Assembly: GCA_964551725.1 (NCBI GenBank)
Contig: CAZKED010000008.1
Coordinates: 1 to 38,334 of the forward strand
Reading direction: 5' to 3'
Length of the DNA: 38,334 nucleotides
DNA from: an uncultured archaeon
GTDB lineage: Archaea > Iainarchaeota > Iainarchaeia > Iainarchaeales > DTGL01
Made by a program: the position numbers and the translations under genes. Shown one piece after another: positions 25,511-34,821 of this stretch. The first letter of the stretch is position 1, and the number at the start of each line of letters is the position of its first letter. The notes below the pieces were generated by a model. The model made no database searches, was not told where the DNA came from, and saw only the letters and a list, made by a program, of their open reading frames with translations.

Positions 25511-25541
25511 TGGTAGAATTGGGAAAAAAATTCTTTTAAAC

Positions 25542-26006
25542 CTACGGCTCCAGTAGTTCGAACTTCTCCGAACTCAAGTCGATGAGAAGAAAGGGCTTTT
25601 GCAGTGAAAGGAATTCCTGCCCGGACAAAACGGATTTTATCTCCTTGAGAGAGTAATTCTTTGCCTTGGAAGAGGTGATGAGAACCGAGTATTCCGCACT
25701 GAATGCGGCGAGCTTCACAATGGAAGCCAGGAGTTCCGCCCTGCTGCCGAACTGCAACTCAAAAGCAATGAAACCGGAACTGGAATCCGCGAGAAACTCG
25801 TTTTCCGAATCAAACCAGAGGAGGGAAATTTCGCCAAGCGAAACTCCCGAGTACTTTACTTCAAACCCGTCTTTCACCTGGAAGCCGAGAATGGAGCCGA
25901 GTTCAGAGTAGTATTTCTTTGTCAGCTGCGCCAAATTGCCCTCGTTTTTTGATACGAATGCCTGCAGGGGCTTGAAGTCGGTTATTTCCCTCAGAATTGC
26001 ATCCAT
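25542..26006 (-). CDS. Hypothetical protein, possible degenerate PD-(D/E)XK restriction-endonuclease-like fold
   Basis: 154-aa ORF; GEISLLWF...IAFELQFGS...IVKL pattern. Confidence 0.6.
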   Translation of the reverse strand: MDAILREITDFKPLQAFVSKNEGNLAQLTKKYYSELGSILGFQVKDGFEVKYSGVSLGEISLLWFDSENEFLADSSSGFIAFELQFGSRAELLASIVKLAAFSAEYSVLITSSKAKNYSLKEIKSVLSGQEFLSLQKPFLLIDLSSEKFELLEP

Positions 26007-26050
26007 TGCAACACCATAGAAATAAAAAAAGAAACAAAATAAAAGGTGTT

Positions 26051-26653
26051 ATGGGAAACTCGGAATCCGGAGGACTCTCCCCTGAAGAGGGGAAACAACT
26101 CATAGGGCTGGCAAGGAAGGCAATCTCCTACTTCCATGCAACCGGCAATATTTATGCCTCGCAGCCACCAGGCGAAAAATTCAGGGAAAAGCGCGGGGCA
26201 TTTGTAACGCTCAAGAACGCGGAAGGAACACTTCGCGGCTGCATTGGATTGCCCTATCCGGTAAGAGAGCTGTGGTTCGCAACAACCGAGGCAGCGGTAA
26301 GTGCGGCATTCAACGACCCGAGGTTCAAGGCGGTGAAGGCAAAGGAAATGGATTCGGTGCTTGTTGAAATATCAGTGCTGAGCAAGCCGGAGGAAGTGGA
26401 AAAGGGAAAACTGGCGGAGAGCATTGAAGTGGGGAAGCACGGTCTTATTGTGGAAAAGGGGTACAGAAGCGGCTTGCTTCTCCCGCAGGTTGCAGTGGAA
26501 TACTCTTGGGACCTGGAAGAATTCCTTAAGCAGACTTGCATGAAGGCAGGGCTTGCCCCCAATGCATGGAAAGCAAAGGAAACAATTGTGAAAAGATTTT
26601 CAGCACAGGTTTTCAGCGAAAAGGAGCCTAACGGCGAAGTGCTCGAATCCTGA
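26051..26653 (+). CDS. AMMECR1-domain protein (TIGR00296 / AmmeMemoRadiSam protein A family)
   Basis: RGAFVTL, LRGCIG, AAFNDPRF, VEISVLS, GLLLPQVAVE, CMKAGL; ATG 26051 after AAGGTG. Confidence 0.92.
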   Translation: MGNSESGGLSPEEGKQLIGLARKAISYFHATGNIYASQPPGEKFREKRGAFVTLKNAEGTLRGCIGLPYPVRELWFATTEAAVSAAFNDPRFKAVKAKEMDSVLVEISVLSKPEEVEKGKLAESIEVGKHGLIVEKGYRSGLLLPQVAVEYSWDLEEFLKQTCMKAGLAPNAWKAKETIVKRFSAQVFSEKEPNGEVLES

Positions 26654-26654
26654 A

Positions 26655-26915
26655 TCAGCTTGCAAGGCATTTTGCGAGTTCTTTTTCCACTGCCTTTTTA
26701 TCCGCAATACAGGTGTTAATTGTTTCATTGAGCAAATCCTGTTTTTCGAGGCACTCACTGCACTGTCTTTCCTTATCCGCGCTGAGAATGCCTTCAACAA
26801 AATAGTGCTCCAGCGCCGCGCCTATTATTATTCCGAGCACGAGGAACAAAAAGAGCAGTATTCTCACAGCATTCCAGAAGCCCTTCTTCTTCCTGGTTTC
26901 TTTCTCGCCAGCCAT
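26655..26915 (-). CDS. Small bitopic membrane protein with Cys-containing coiled coil (~86 aa)
   Basis: MAGEKETRKKKG, one TM helix, then QCSECLEKQDLLNETINTCIADKKAVEKELAKC; start re-assigned to ATG 26915. Confidence 0.7.
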   Translation of the reverse strand: MAGEKETRKKKGFWNAVRILLFLFLVLGIIIGAALEHYFVEGILSADKERQCSECLEKQDLLNETINTCIADKKAVEKELAKCLAS

Positions 26916-27015
26916 AAAAAACACCAACCAAAAGAAATATATATGAGAAAAGACTAATAACTTTAGCACTTGTGTCAGGAAAGGCAAAAAACCCATTATG
27001 TAGAATGCTGCGAGG

Positions 27016-27031
27016 GTAAGGTTTATAAAGA
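27016..27031 (+). promoter_or_regulatory. BRE-TATA promoter of the PRC-barrel gene
   Basis: aaggtttataaa about 32 nt upstream of ATG 27062; AAGGTGA SD follows. Confidence 0.6.
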
Positions 27032-27061
27032 GGATAGACTTTTACTAAATAAGGTGAACGG

Positions 27062-27328
27062 ATGTATAAGTACACTATAGCAAGGCGTCTTGCCACAAAG
27101 AGGGTAATAACCAACCGCGGGGACGAAGTAGGAAAGCTTTCTGACCTGCTCATAAACGAGAAAAGCGGGGAAATAGAAAAGCTTCTGATTGAAGTGGACA
27201 GGAACAGCAAACTCGTGAAAAAAATGAAGGGCAGGGATAAAATAATAGAAGTTCCTTATTCCGCAGTGACGGCGGTAAGCGATGTGTTCATCGTGGACGA
27301 AAGGGAACTCGTCGGAACCGCGGAATGA
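27062..27328 (+). CDS. PRC-barrel domain protein (CdpB-like archaeal cell-division family)
   Basis: KRVITNRGDEVGKLSDLLINEKSGEIEKLLIE...VPYSAVTAVSDVFIV is a stand-alone PRC barrel. Confidence 0.85.
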   Translation: MYKYTIARRLATKRVITNRGDEVGKLSDLLINEKSGEIEKLLIEVDRNSKLVKKMKGRDKIIEVPYSAVTAVSDVFIVDERELVGTAE

Positions 27329-27359
27329 CTGCAGGAAAAAAAGCCTTCTTTTCCTTCAC

Positions 27360-28487
27360 TTAACCAATTTCAAAAACAACCCTTTTTCTTTTATTGTCAA
27401 TGCTCTTAACCCTGAGCACGCCCGAGGGGAACTTATACATAACCCCTTTTTTTTCCTTCCCCCTCTTAATGGACTGAAGCGCGTGCTGCAGTTCAGAGTA
27501 ATGCGTGTAAATTGCATCCGCTTTTTCCCGATTCTGCGCTGCGGAACGCAGTGCTTTCTCCAGTGCTTCCTTTTGGTCCGTGAGGGTTCTCTCCAGGGCA
27601 GGCTTCTTTCCGCTCTCATCGCTTGAGGCGTGGAACTTTTGCGCAAGGACGAGTTCGTTAAGAGCGGAATTTATTGAATCGAATTGCTGGATTTCGCTGC
27701 AGCCGGGCAGCAGGGGTCTGAAGGGCAGCAGAAATTTTTTGCCTTTGCACTCGCAGAGGCATGCGTGCTCTTTTTCTGGGTCTGGTGCAGAGTGAAAATC
27801 TCTTATTTTCCTGCAGAGCTCTCCCGCTCTTTTCTCCGGCAGGGCTTTTGCTTCCGCAGATTTTTCAATCTTGAGTTGGAAAAGGATTTCTTCAGCCACA
27901 ATCGGGGCGATGTTCACCCCCTTCACAAGTGCGCGTATGATATCAGTGCCGCTTTTTTTAAGCACGGCGGAGAATTCCCGCTCCGAAAGGAGCGCGGGAT
28001 TGAGGCCGCGTTCCGGAGGAAACTCATACAGCAGGCCTTTTTTTACGCTGCGGACCCCCCATTCCCTTTTCAGTTTGGGCATCAGTATTTTTTTCTCCCT
28101 GTCAAGCAAAACAGCGTTGCCCTCCCCGAAAAGCTCTATTACAAGGGAGAATTCAGCGAATTCAAGGAGGAGAATGCGCTCGCGGTTCCGCTGCTCAAAT
28201 GAGAGAATTTTCCTGTTTTTGAGGCGCGAGTTCAGGAAGGCACCGAAGCCCGAACTCTGCCTCCTTGCATCAATCCTGTACTGGGAAAGAAAGACTGCTT
28301 CAGGTGCAACTATGAGACTGGCGGAGCCCTGTTTTGCGGAAAGCTTTAATTTAAGCCAGCCCTGCTCCAAATCCTGCGCTTTTGAAACAAAAGCGTTTTC
28401 CAGATTGCCGCGCAATTCTGCGACCAAAAATGCGATGCTCAGATTGGGAATCTCGAAACTACGGGAGCGCTCCTTTTTGGGCTTCAT
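27360..28487 (-). CDS. rqcH: NFACT/Rqc2 (RqcH, FbpA-like) family protein, N-terminal part only
   Basis: FEQRNRERILLLEF, IELFGEGNAVLLD, YEFPP, HhH region (APIVAEEIL) and first coiled coil; ends at ~375 aa with no NFACT-R domain. Confidence 0.8.
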   Translation of the reverse strand: MKPKKERSRSFEIPNLSIAFLVAELRGNLENAFVSKAQDLEQGWLKLKLSAKQGSASLIVAPEAVFLSQYRIDARRQSSGFGAFLNSRLKNRKILSFEQRNRERILLLEFAEFSLVIELFGEGNAVLLDREKKILMPKLKREWGVRSVKKGLLYEFPPERGLNPALLSEREFSAVLKKSGTDIIRALVKGVNIAPIVAEEILFQLKIEKSAEAKALPEKRAGELCRKIRDFHSAPDPEKEHACLCECKGKKFLLPFRPLLPGCSEIQQFDSINSALNELVLAQKFHASSDESGKKPALERTLTDQKEALEKALRSAAQNREKADAIYTHYSELQHALQSIKRGKEKKGVMYKFPSGVLRVKSIDNKRKRVVFEIG

Positions 28488-28557
28488 AGTTAAAGGAATG
28501 CTCAAAACAATAAAAAAAGTTTTCTTGAAGGGCTTCGCCGGAAAAATTGGAAAAGCG

Positions 28558-29757
28558 CTAGCGCTTTTCTCTCGTGAGGTATCTGAGCATTGTTTTCATT
28601 AGCGCGGGCTTTTTAATGAGCTTTTTTGAAACCATTTTTGCCGATTCCACCAGGGAACCGGACTGCAGTTTCATTATGTCCTCCGCAGTGAAGGATTCGG
28701 CAATGTTTTCGAAGTCTCTGTCGCTCATTGACTCCATCATGTAGCGTATCTGCAGAATTCTTTTCAGCTTGTTCCCCGTCTGCTTCCACCAAATGGAATT
28801 GTACTCTTGGAGAACGCTGTCGGAAAAATTGTTTTTATCAAATGCTTTTTTCGCTGTTTCCGCTGCTAAATCAGCGGCTTCCATTGCAAGGCCCATTCCA
28901 CCCCCGTGTATGGGGTTCACTTGATGCGCTGCATCGCCGATTACAATCATGTTGTCGGAGGTCATTTTTTCAAGCAGGCCGCCGACAGGAATGACGCCGG
29001 AGTTCACTTCAATGACAGAGCCCTTTTTTATTTCCGGCCTTGAATCAATCCATTTGTTCAAATAACTGAGCGCTGAACCCTTCACATGCGCTCCGATTCC
29101 AATGCCCACGTTTGCGTGATGCTTTCCCTTGGGAAACAGCCAGCAGTATCCACGTGGTGCTATATTGTTGCCGAACCACAAATGAATCAAGTTCGGCTGG
29201 GGAAAATCAATGCCCGCCATTTCGTACTGTATTCCAGAATCCAGGTCCTCGCGCCTTATTTTTATTGGCAGTCCGAGCTGGTTTGCGGTCCAGCTTGTGG
29301 GACCGTCGCACGCAAACACCATTTTCGCCCTGTATTCCCCGCTGAATAAATCTTCAACTTTTGCCCTTACCCCGGCTTTCTCCCTTTTAATGCCGGTCAC
29401 ATTGCTCCTGGTCCTTATTAAAGCGCCGGCTTTTGCCGCGCGCTTGGCGAGATGCTTTTCGAATGCCTTCCTTTCAAGCACGTATCCTACAACTTTATCG
29501 TAAAGCACTTCGACCTTTTTTCCCTTCGGGGTGTAGAGTGCCGCGCCTTTAATGGGCTGGGCCGCCCATTCCCTGCCCGGCTTTAGCCCCATCCTCTTAA
29601 TGTGACCGCAGCCAAGCCCCTCGCCGCACTGTTTTGGAACGCCAATTTCCTGCTTTCTGTCAAGACATATTACAGAAAAGCCTTTTTTTGCGGCTTGCTC
29701 CGCTGCCCTGAGACCGGCAACGCTTGCGCCCACTATCACTATGTCGAATTCTTCCAA
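28558..29757 (-). CDS. Geranylgeranyl reductase family flavoprotein (probable digeranylgeranylglycerophospholipid reductase)
   Basis: DIVIVGASVAG, PKQCGEGL, PRGYCWLFPKG (YxWxFP), IGDAAHQVNPIHGGGM; TTG start after GGAGGG. Confidence 0.88.
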   Translation of the reverse strand: MEEFDIVIVGASVAGLRAAEQAAKKGFSVICLDRKQEIGVPKQCGEGLGCGHIKRMGLKPGREWAAQPIKGAALYTPKGKKVEVLYDKVVGYVLERKAFEKHLAKRAAKAGALIRTRSNVTGIKREKAGVRAKVEDLFSGEYRAKMVFACDGPTSWTANQLGLPIKIRREDLDSGIQYEMAGIDFPQPNLIHLWFGNNIAPRGYCWLFPKGKHHANVGIGIGAHVKGSALSYLNKWIDSRPEIKKGSVIEVNSGVIPVGGLLEKMTSDNMIVIGDAAHQVNPIHGGGMGLAMEAADLAAETAKKAFDKNNFSDSVLQEYNSIWWKQTGNKLKRILQIRYMMESMSDRDFENIAESFTAEDIMKLQSGSLVESAKMVSKKLIKKPALMKTMLRYLTREKR

Positions 29758-29815
29758 TTGAAGCCCTCCAGCAAATGCTTGGATTGTAATAAGAGAGAGG
29801 AAAATTTAAAAAAAG

Positions 29816-31708
29816 TCATCTTTCAAGCAACCTGACCTTAACGCTTTTATTTCCCGCCCTTGCCTCCATTGAACCGTTTTTCCTTTTAACGCTGAGGGCG
29901 AATTCCTTGCCCCCGAGGAAAATTTTTCTCTTTATTGAGCTCACTTCCTTTGGGAACCGCGGTTCCAGGGAGATGGTTTTTTCAAAAGCATTCGCCTTCA
30001 TTCCGAGAATGAATTCGTCCACTATTCTCACTACCATTGCCGAAGCCCACAGCTGCAACGCGCAGCCGTTCATTGCGCCTGTAAGGGGATTGAATGTTTC
30101 CCCGATACAACCCAGAGCATTCTCCCAGAAATCAGAGCAGTGCTCTTTAAGTGCAGTAAAGCCCTTTTCCTTTTCCCCGAGTGCGAATGCTGCCGCGGCT
30201 AGCCAAGCATTCCCCAGAGACCAGACACTGCCTTCGTGGTAGGAATCTGGGTTAAAACGGGCATCGGACATTGAAATGGGGGTAATGCCGCGCTTGACTG
30301 CGAACTCTTTGGAATGGAACAAGTCCAGCTGCTCCCTGCTCTCAATCTGCCCCAAAAGCATCGGCACCAAAACATTGATGCGTTTGGTGGAATCCTTTTC
30401 TCCTGAAACAAGCCTGTCAGCGAAAAAGCCATTGCCGAGGCTGAACGCTGAAGGGAACGCCTCGCTGAAAACCCTTATCCTTTCATTCAGGGCAGGGGAC
30501 TCCGGCATTCCCATTGCCTTCAGCATTTCATTGAAGGACTGGAATGCTTTAAGCGCGAGGGACTGCACTTCTATTGCGTTATCATTGCGCCTCAGTGTAT
30601 CCATCCATGTCTCCCCTGCGGAAAAATCATGGGAAACAAACGTGCCCCTGGAAATGCTTCTCTCCAAAAAGGAAACGCATTCCATTGCAGCCGGGAGCAT
30701 TTTTTTAATAAACCCCTTGTCGGCGGAGTATTCTGCATAACGGGTAAGTGCAATGAGAAAAAGGGGCGTTGCGTCAATCGAGGAGTAGGAGTTTCCTTTT
30801 GCACTTAAAAAATTTGGAATTCTTCCCTTCTTTGAGTTCTTTGCAAAAAGCGCAAGGGAATCCCTGCAGTAACCGAAAAAGCCGAGTTCTGTTACCGCGG
30901 GCAACGACCAGAAAACGTCCCTGCCCCAGTACTGCGTGAACCATGGCAGGCCGGCGTAAAAAGAATGCTTTGAGCGCAGGAGCTCAATGCTTTTTGCAGC
31001 AAGAGAGAAGCACTCCTCCAGTTCGCGGCAGTCTGATTTCATTTTTGAGTCAAGCGCGGAATAAATCTTTTTCTTTTCTCTGGGGCAACCCCCCGCTATT
31101 TTTTGAACTTTCTTGGGGCTGAAAGCAATGGAAACGTGCCTTCCTTCCAAGAGAATTTTGCCGGGCGAAAAAAAGCACTGCTTTTCCCCGGCAGGGAAAT
31201 GCGTTCCGTAAAAAGGTTTTTCTTTGAATGAAAGCTTTCCCTTCAATGCCTTGAGGCGGAGAGCGCCTGCCTCGGACGAAATTGAGATGCCTTTTCCGCT
31301 CTCTTTTACCGCATAGCGCCTTGAATGGGAGTTTTCTTCCCGAGCCCTGATGTTGGCTGCCAGGAGCAGTTCCGCTCCAATTTTCTTTTTTGATGAAAGC
31401 TCTGCCACAAGCGCCGGTTTTTCCCGCGGAATCCACAGTCTCTGCACAATACTGCCCTTTTCCGTTTTGTGGGAGTGCTCTGCCCTTGCAAAATCGTATT
31501 TGAGGGAATAGCAGTTTTTTTCGGAGAGGAATTCATCGCCGCACTTAAAGGCAATGAATTCAATGAGTTTTTTCCCTGAACACCAGAAGCCCGTCCACTT
31601 GTTTTTGAAGCCGGTGTCGGCATAGCGGTGGAAAAAGCATTCGGGGTTAGAGAGAAAATAGGAAAGCTTTGAAAGACCTGCCTTTTCATTAAACAACGAA
31701 AGCACCAT
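29816..31708 (-). CDS. Amylo-alpha-1,6-glucosidase (glycogen debranching enzyme, GDE_C-type alpha/alpha barrel)
   Basis: AGLPWFTQYWGRD, SIDATPLF, TWMD, AIEVQ, YHEGSVW, GCALQLWAS. Confidence 0.85.
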   Translation of the reverse strand: MVLSLFNEKAGLSKLSYFLSNPECFFHRYADTGFKNKWTGFWCSGKKLIEFIAFKCGDEFLSEKNCYSLKYDFARAEHSHKTEKGSIVQRLWIPREKPALVAELSSKKKIGAELLLAANIRAREENSHSRRYAVKESGKGISISSEAGALRLKALKGKLSFKEKPFYGTHFPAGEKQCFFSPGKILLEGRHVSIAFSPKKVQKIAGGCPREKKKIYSALDSKMKSDCRELEECFSLAAKSIELLRSKHSFYAGLPWFTQYWGRDVFWSLPAVTELGFFGYCRDSLALFAKNSKKGRIPNFLSAKGNSYSSIDATPLFLIALTRYAEYSADKGFIKKMLPAAMECVSFLERSISRGTFVSHDFSAGETWMDTLRRNDNAIEVQSLALKAFQSFNEMLKAMGMPESPALNERIRVFSEAFPSAFSLGNGFFADRLVSGEKDSTKRINVLVPMLLGQIESREQLDLFHSKEFAVKRGITPISMSDARFNPDSYHEGSVWSLGNAWLAAAAFALGEKEKGFTALKEHCSDFWENALGCIGETFNPLTGAMNGCALQLWASAMVVRIVDEFILGMKANAFEKTISLEPRFPKEVSSIKRKIFLGGKEFALSVKRKNGSMEARAGNKSVKVRLLER

Positions 31709-31756
31709 GAGTTATTTTGGCTAAAGTGCTTTTAATAATAGCGCAGAGATGCAAGA

Positions 31757-31770
31757 GAAAGGTTTAAGAG
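31757..31770 (+). promoter_or_regulatory. BRE-TATA promoter of the GT3 gene, in a divergent promoter region shared with the debranching enzyme gene
   Basis: gaaaggtttaag on the plus strand; minus-strand TTATTAAA at ~31731-31738, about 25 nt before ATG 31708. Confidence 0.5.
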
Positions 31771-31814
31771 ATTAAAGCCCCAGATATTGAAAAGACCAGC
31801 GGGGATGATGGGAA

Positions 31815-33659
31815 ATGGAGAGAAACCTGCTTCTAATGGAAACAAGCTTTGAGGTAGTCAACAAAGTAGGAGGCATTCACACAGTGCTCTCCTCCAAAGC
31901 AAGCGAAATGAAAAGAAACGTCAAAAACTACTTTCTGCTCGGACCTTATGTCAAAAGAAGGGCTGCAACCGAATTCGAGGAAGAGCAACCCTCTGAGGAG
32001 TTCGCCCAGGTTTTCGGGCACCTGGAAAAAGAGCATGGGTTCAAGTGCAGGAGCGGGCACTGGCTTATAACAGGCAGACCGAAATGCATTCTGGTGGAAC
32101 CAGGATGCTTTGCAAAAAAAACAAACGACATCAAAAGGGAACTCTGGGACCAGTACGGAATAGATTCACTGCACAGCGGAAACGATTACAACGAACCCGT
32201 ATGCTGGGGGAAAGCCGCAGGAATACTGATAGCCGAACTCATAAACAACGTTTTCGCAAAGGAATTTGAAAAGGAAAAATGCGTTGCGCACTTCCACGAA
32301 TGGCTTTCGGGCTCGGCTCTCCTGCACCTAAAACAGTTCCATCCCGAAATAAAAACCGTTTTCACAACCCATGCGACCGTGGCGGGGAGAAGCATTGCGG
32401 AGAGCGGTCAGGACCTCTACGGGGAAGTAAACAGTTCCCTTGAAAAGGGCGAGTGCATGGACGAAAGCAGGGCTTATGCCTTCGGCGTGCAGGCAAAACA
32501 CCTGACAGAAAAGGCATGCGCGCACAAAACCGATGTTTTCACCACTGTTTCAAATGTCACGGCAAGGGAAGCGGAATACGTTCTCGGAAAAAAGCCGCAC
32601 TTTATTCTCCCCAATGGTCTTAACGTTGAAAAATTCTTTTTGATTGAAGAACTTGCAAACCAGCATGTCAGGTACAGGAACACGCTGAGAAGGTTTGTTT
32701 TTGACTATTTCTCGCCCTACTATTACCTGAACGTGGAGGATGCGCTGTTTTATTTTATTTCAGGAAGACACGAATTCAAGAACAAGGGCTTGGACCTTTT
32801 CATGGACTCGTTGGGGGAACTGAATCGTGTGCTCAAAGAGGAAAAGGAAAAAAGAACCGTGATTGCATTCATATGGATTCCGACCCAGAACGTGGGAAAA
32901 AACATCGAGCTTTTGAAGCACATTGCTTTGTACGAAAGACTGGAGGACGAAATAGAGGAAGAGGTGCGCAAGATAAAGAACCGGCTTTATTACCGCATTT
33001 CAAAGGGCGAGCCGCCGACAACAGCAAACCTGCTCGACGGAGAATTCCTTTACAATGTGAAAAAAATGATATTCGAATTGAAGCACGAGAAAAACGACCT
33101 GCCGCCCACATGCGCACTAGAACTCGAGGAGGAAAACAGCATTACGCGCTCAATCAAGAGCAACAATCTGCTCAACAGGAAGGAGGACAAGGTGAAAGTG
33201 ATTTATTATCCGAGCTATCTTTCCCCAACCGACGGATTGATTGGATTGGAATACTACCAGGCAATACAGGGCTGCCATCTGGGAATTTTCCCAAGCTATT
33301 ACGAGCCGTGGGGTTACACGCCATTGGAAACAATCGCCCTGGGACTGCCTGCCGCAACCTCCGACCTCAGCGGCTTCGGAAGGTTTGTGGAGGAAAAAGT
33401 GCTAAAGGGGGCATCTGCAAACAGCCTTGAAAGGAACTCAATATTTGTGGTGCCGAGGGAAAAAGAGGAATACAAAAAATCAGTAAAAGAGCTTGCGGAA
33501 TTCATGCACAGGATTTACGGGCTGAGCAAAAGGGACAGGGGGGACGCAAAAATTTACGCAAAGCGCGTGAGCTATGCGTTCGACTGGTCCTCGCTTGTGG
33601 AAAATTACCTAAAAGCCTACGATTCGCTTTTTAAAGAGAGTGCTGCGAAGTCCGGCTGA
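31815..33659 (+). CDS. Glycogen synthase, glycosyltransferase family 3 (fungal/animal/Bacteroidetes type)
   Basis: EVVNKVGGIHTV, HFHEWLSG, FTTHAT, FTTVS, SGRHEFKNKG, PSYYEPWGYTPLE. Confidence 0.93.
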   Translation: MERNLLLMETSFEVVNKVGGIHTVLSSKASEMKRNVKNYFLLGPYVKRRAATEFEEEQPSEEFAQVFGHLEKEHGFKCRSGHWLITGRPKCILVEPGCFAKKTNDIKRELWDQYGIDSLHSGNDYNEPVCWGKAAGILIAELINNVFAKEFEKEKCVAHFHEWLSGSALLHLKQFHPEIKTVFTTHATVAGRSIAESGQDLYGEVNSSLEKGECMDESRAYAFGVQAKHLTEKACAHKTDVFTTVSNVTAREAEYVLGKKPHFILPNGLNVEKFFLIEELANQHVRYRNTLRRFVFDYFSPYYYLNVEDALFYFISGRHEFKNKGLDLFMDSLGELNRVLKEEKEKRTVIAFIWIPTQNVGKNIELLKHIALYERLEDEIEEEVRKIKNRLYYRISKGEPPTTANLLDGEFLYNVKKMIFELKHEKNDLPPTCALELEEENSITRSIKSNNLLNRKEDKVKVIYYPSYLSPTDGLIGLEYYQAIQGCHLGIFPSYYEPWGYTPLETIALGLPAATSDLSGFGRFVEEKVLKGASANSLERNSIFVVPREKEEYKKSVKELAEFMHRIYGLSKRDRGDAKIYAKRVSYAFDWSSLVENYLKAYDSLFKESAAKSG

Positions 33660-34821
33660 TTCTTTGCCTCATGTCGGTCAGAACGTTCATGTAATTCAGG
33701 AAGGCATCGTATGGATTGGAGTAAGGATTGAAATATTTGTGCACGTCGCCGTCGGCAAACCATTTCGTGCACATGTAATAAAAGTGATCCGACGTTTGCA
33801 GTTTCCTCCAACTCTCGAGCAGAAAGGCATTCTTAGGTTTTTTCACTTCCTTTTCAAGGGAGACCAGTTCCGAGAAAGCGTGCTTTTGCATTTTGTTCTC
33901 AAGCCAAGCGCTAAGGTCGCGGTCAATGTCAGCCCAGGAGGACACCTGGGGAACATCGAATTCTCCGACAGGGGAATGCCTTTCAAGCAAGCCACTGGCT
34001 GTTGAAAATGAAACATTGGAATGCTTAAGCGCTTCTGAGGGAAAATGCTCAAGGAAATTAAAAATTCCTGTTTCCTCCCACTGGTGTTCGCCAAAGGTCT
34101 CATAATCCAAAAAAATGTTGACACACTGCCCCTCGCTGCCAGCGATCCACTCAGAGTACTTTTCCGCGGTCAGGGGAAAGCCCTCCCAGTTCCGCTCGGA
34201 AAACCTGAACCCAATGTCGTCGCTCAGCCTGTAATTCCTCAAAAGAACCTTTATGTCCGAGTCCTTTGCCCTGTAAATATAGTTGGGGCTGCGCCATTGC
34301 AGCGCACTGTCCAGACCCTCTGAAATTATTCCCCTAAAGCCCAGCGATGCGGCGATTGATGCAATGCTGTTGCTGTACATCGCCTCCGTGTTTCTGAAAA
34401 TTTTGGGCTTGAAAGAGAACGTTTTCCTTATTTTGGAGGAATGCTTTTTTATCTGTTCCCTGAACTCTTTTTCTGAAACGAGGTAGGAGAGGGAATGGTA
34501 GTACGTTTCCCCGAAGAGTTCAGCGTTGCCCGTGTCAATTATTTTTTGGAACGAATCGATTACTTCCGGAAAATCCGCTTCAAGCTGCTCCAAAAGAATG
34601 CCCGTAATGCTGTAATTTATTTTGAATTCTCCGCCAAATTTTTCTAAGAGTTTGAGAACAATTTTATTTGCGGAAAGATAGCATTTGCGCGCTATCCTCT
34701 CAAGCAACTCTTTGTTTTTTTGCGAGTCGAAATAGGGCTTGCCGGAGCCGATGTCAAAAAAGGGGTAGTGGGCCAAGCGCATTGGCTGGTGCACCTGGCA
34801 GTAAAGGCATATTTCAGGCAT
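33631..34821 (-). CDS. Glycoside hydrolase family 57 (alpha-amylase type)
   Basis: VHQP, ETYYHSL, FRNTE (nucleophile), DYETFGEH (acid/base), LQTSDHFYYM. Confidence 0.93.
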   Translation of the reverse strand: MPEICLYCQVHQPMRLAHYPFFDIGSGKPYFDSQKNKELLERIARKCYLSANKIVLKLLEKFGGEFKINYSITGILLEQLEADFPEVIDSFQKIIDTGNAELFGETYYHSLSYLVSEKEFREQIKKHSSKIRKTFSFKPKIFRNTEAMYSNSIASIAASLGFRGIISEGLDSALQWRSPNYIYRAKDSDIKVLLRNYRLSDDIGFRFSERNWEGFPLTAEKYSEWIAGSEGQCVNIFLDYETFGEHQWEETGIFNFLEHFPSEALKHSNVSFSTASGLLERHSPVGEFDVPQVSSWADIDRDLSAWLENKMQKHAFSELVSLEKEVKKPKNAFLLESWRKLQTSDHFYYMCTKWFADGDVHKYFNPYSNPYDAFLNYMNVLTDMRQRISRTSQHSL

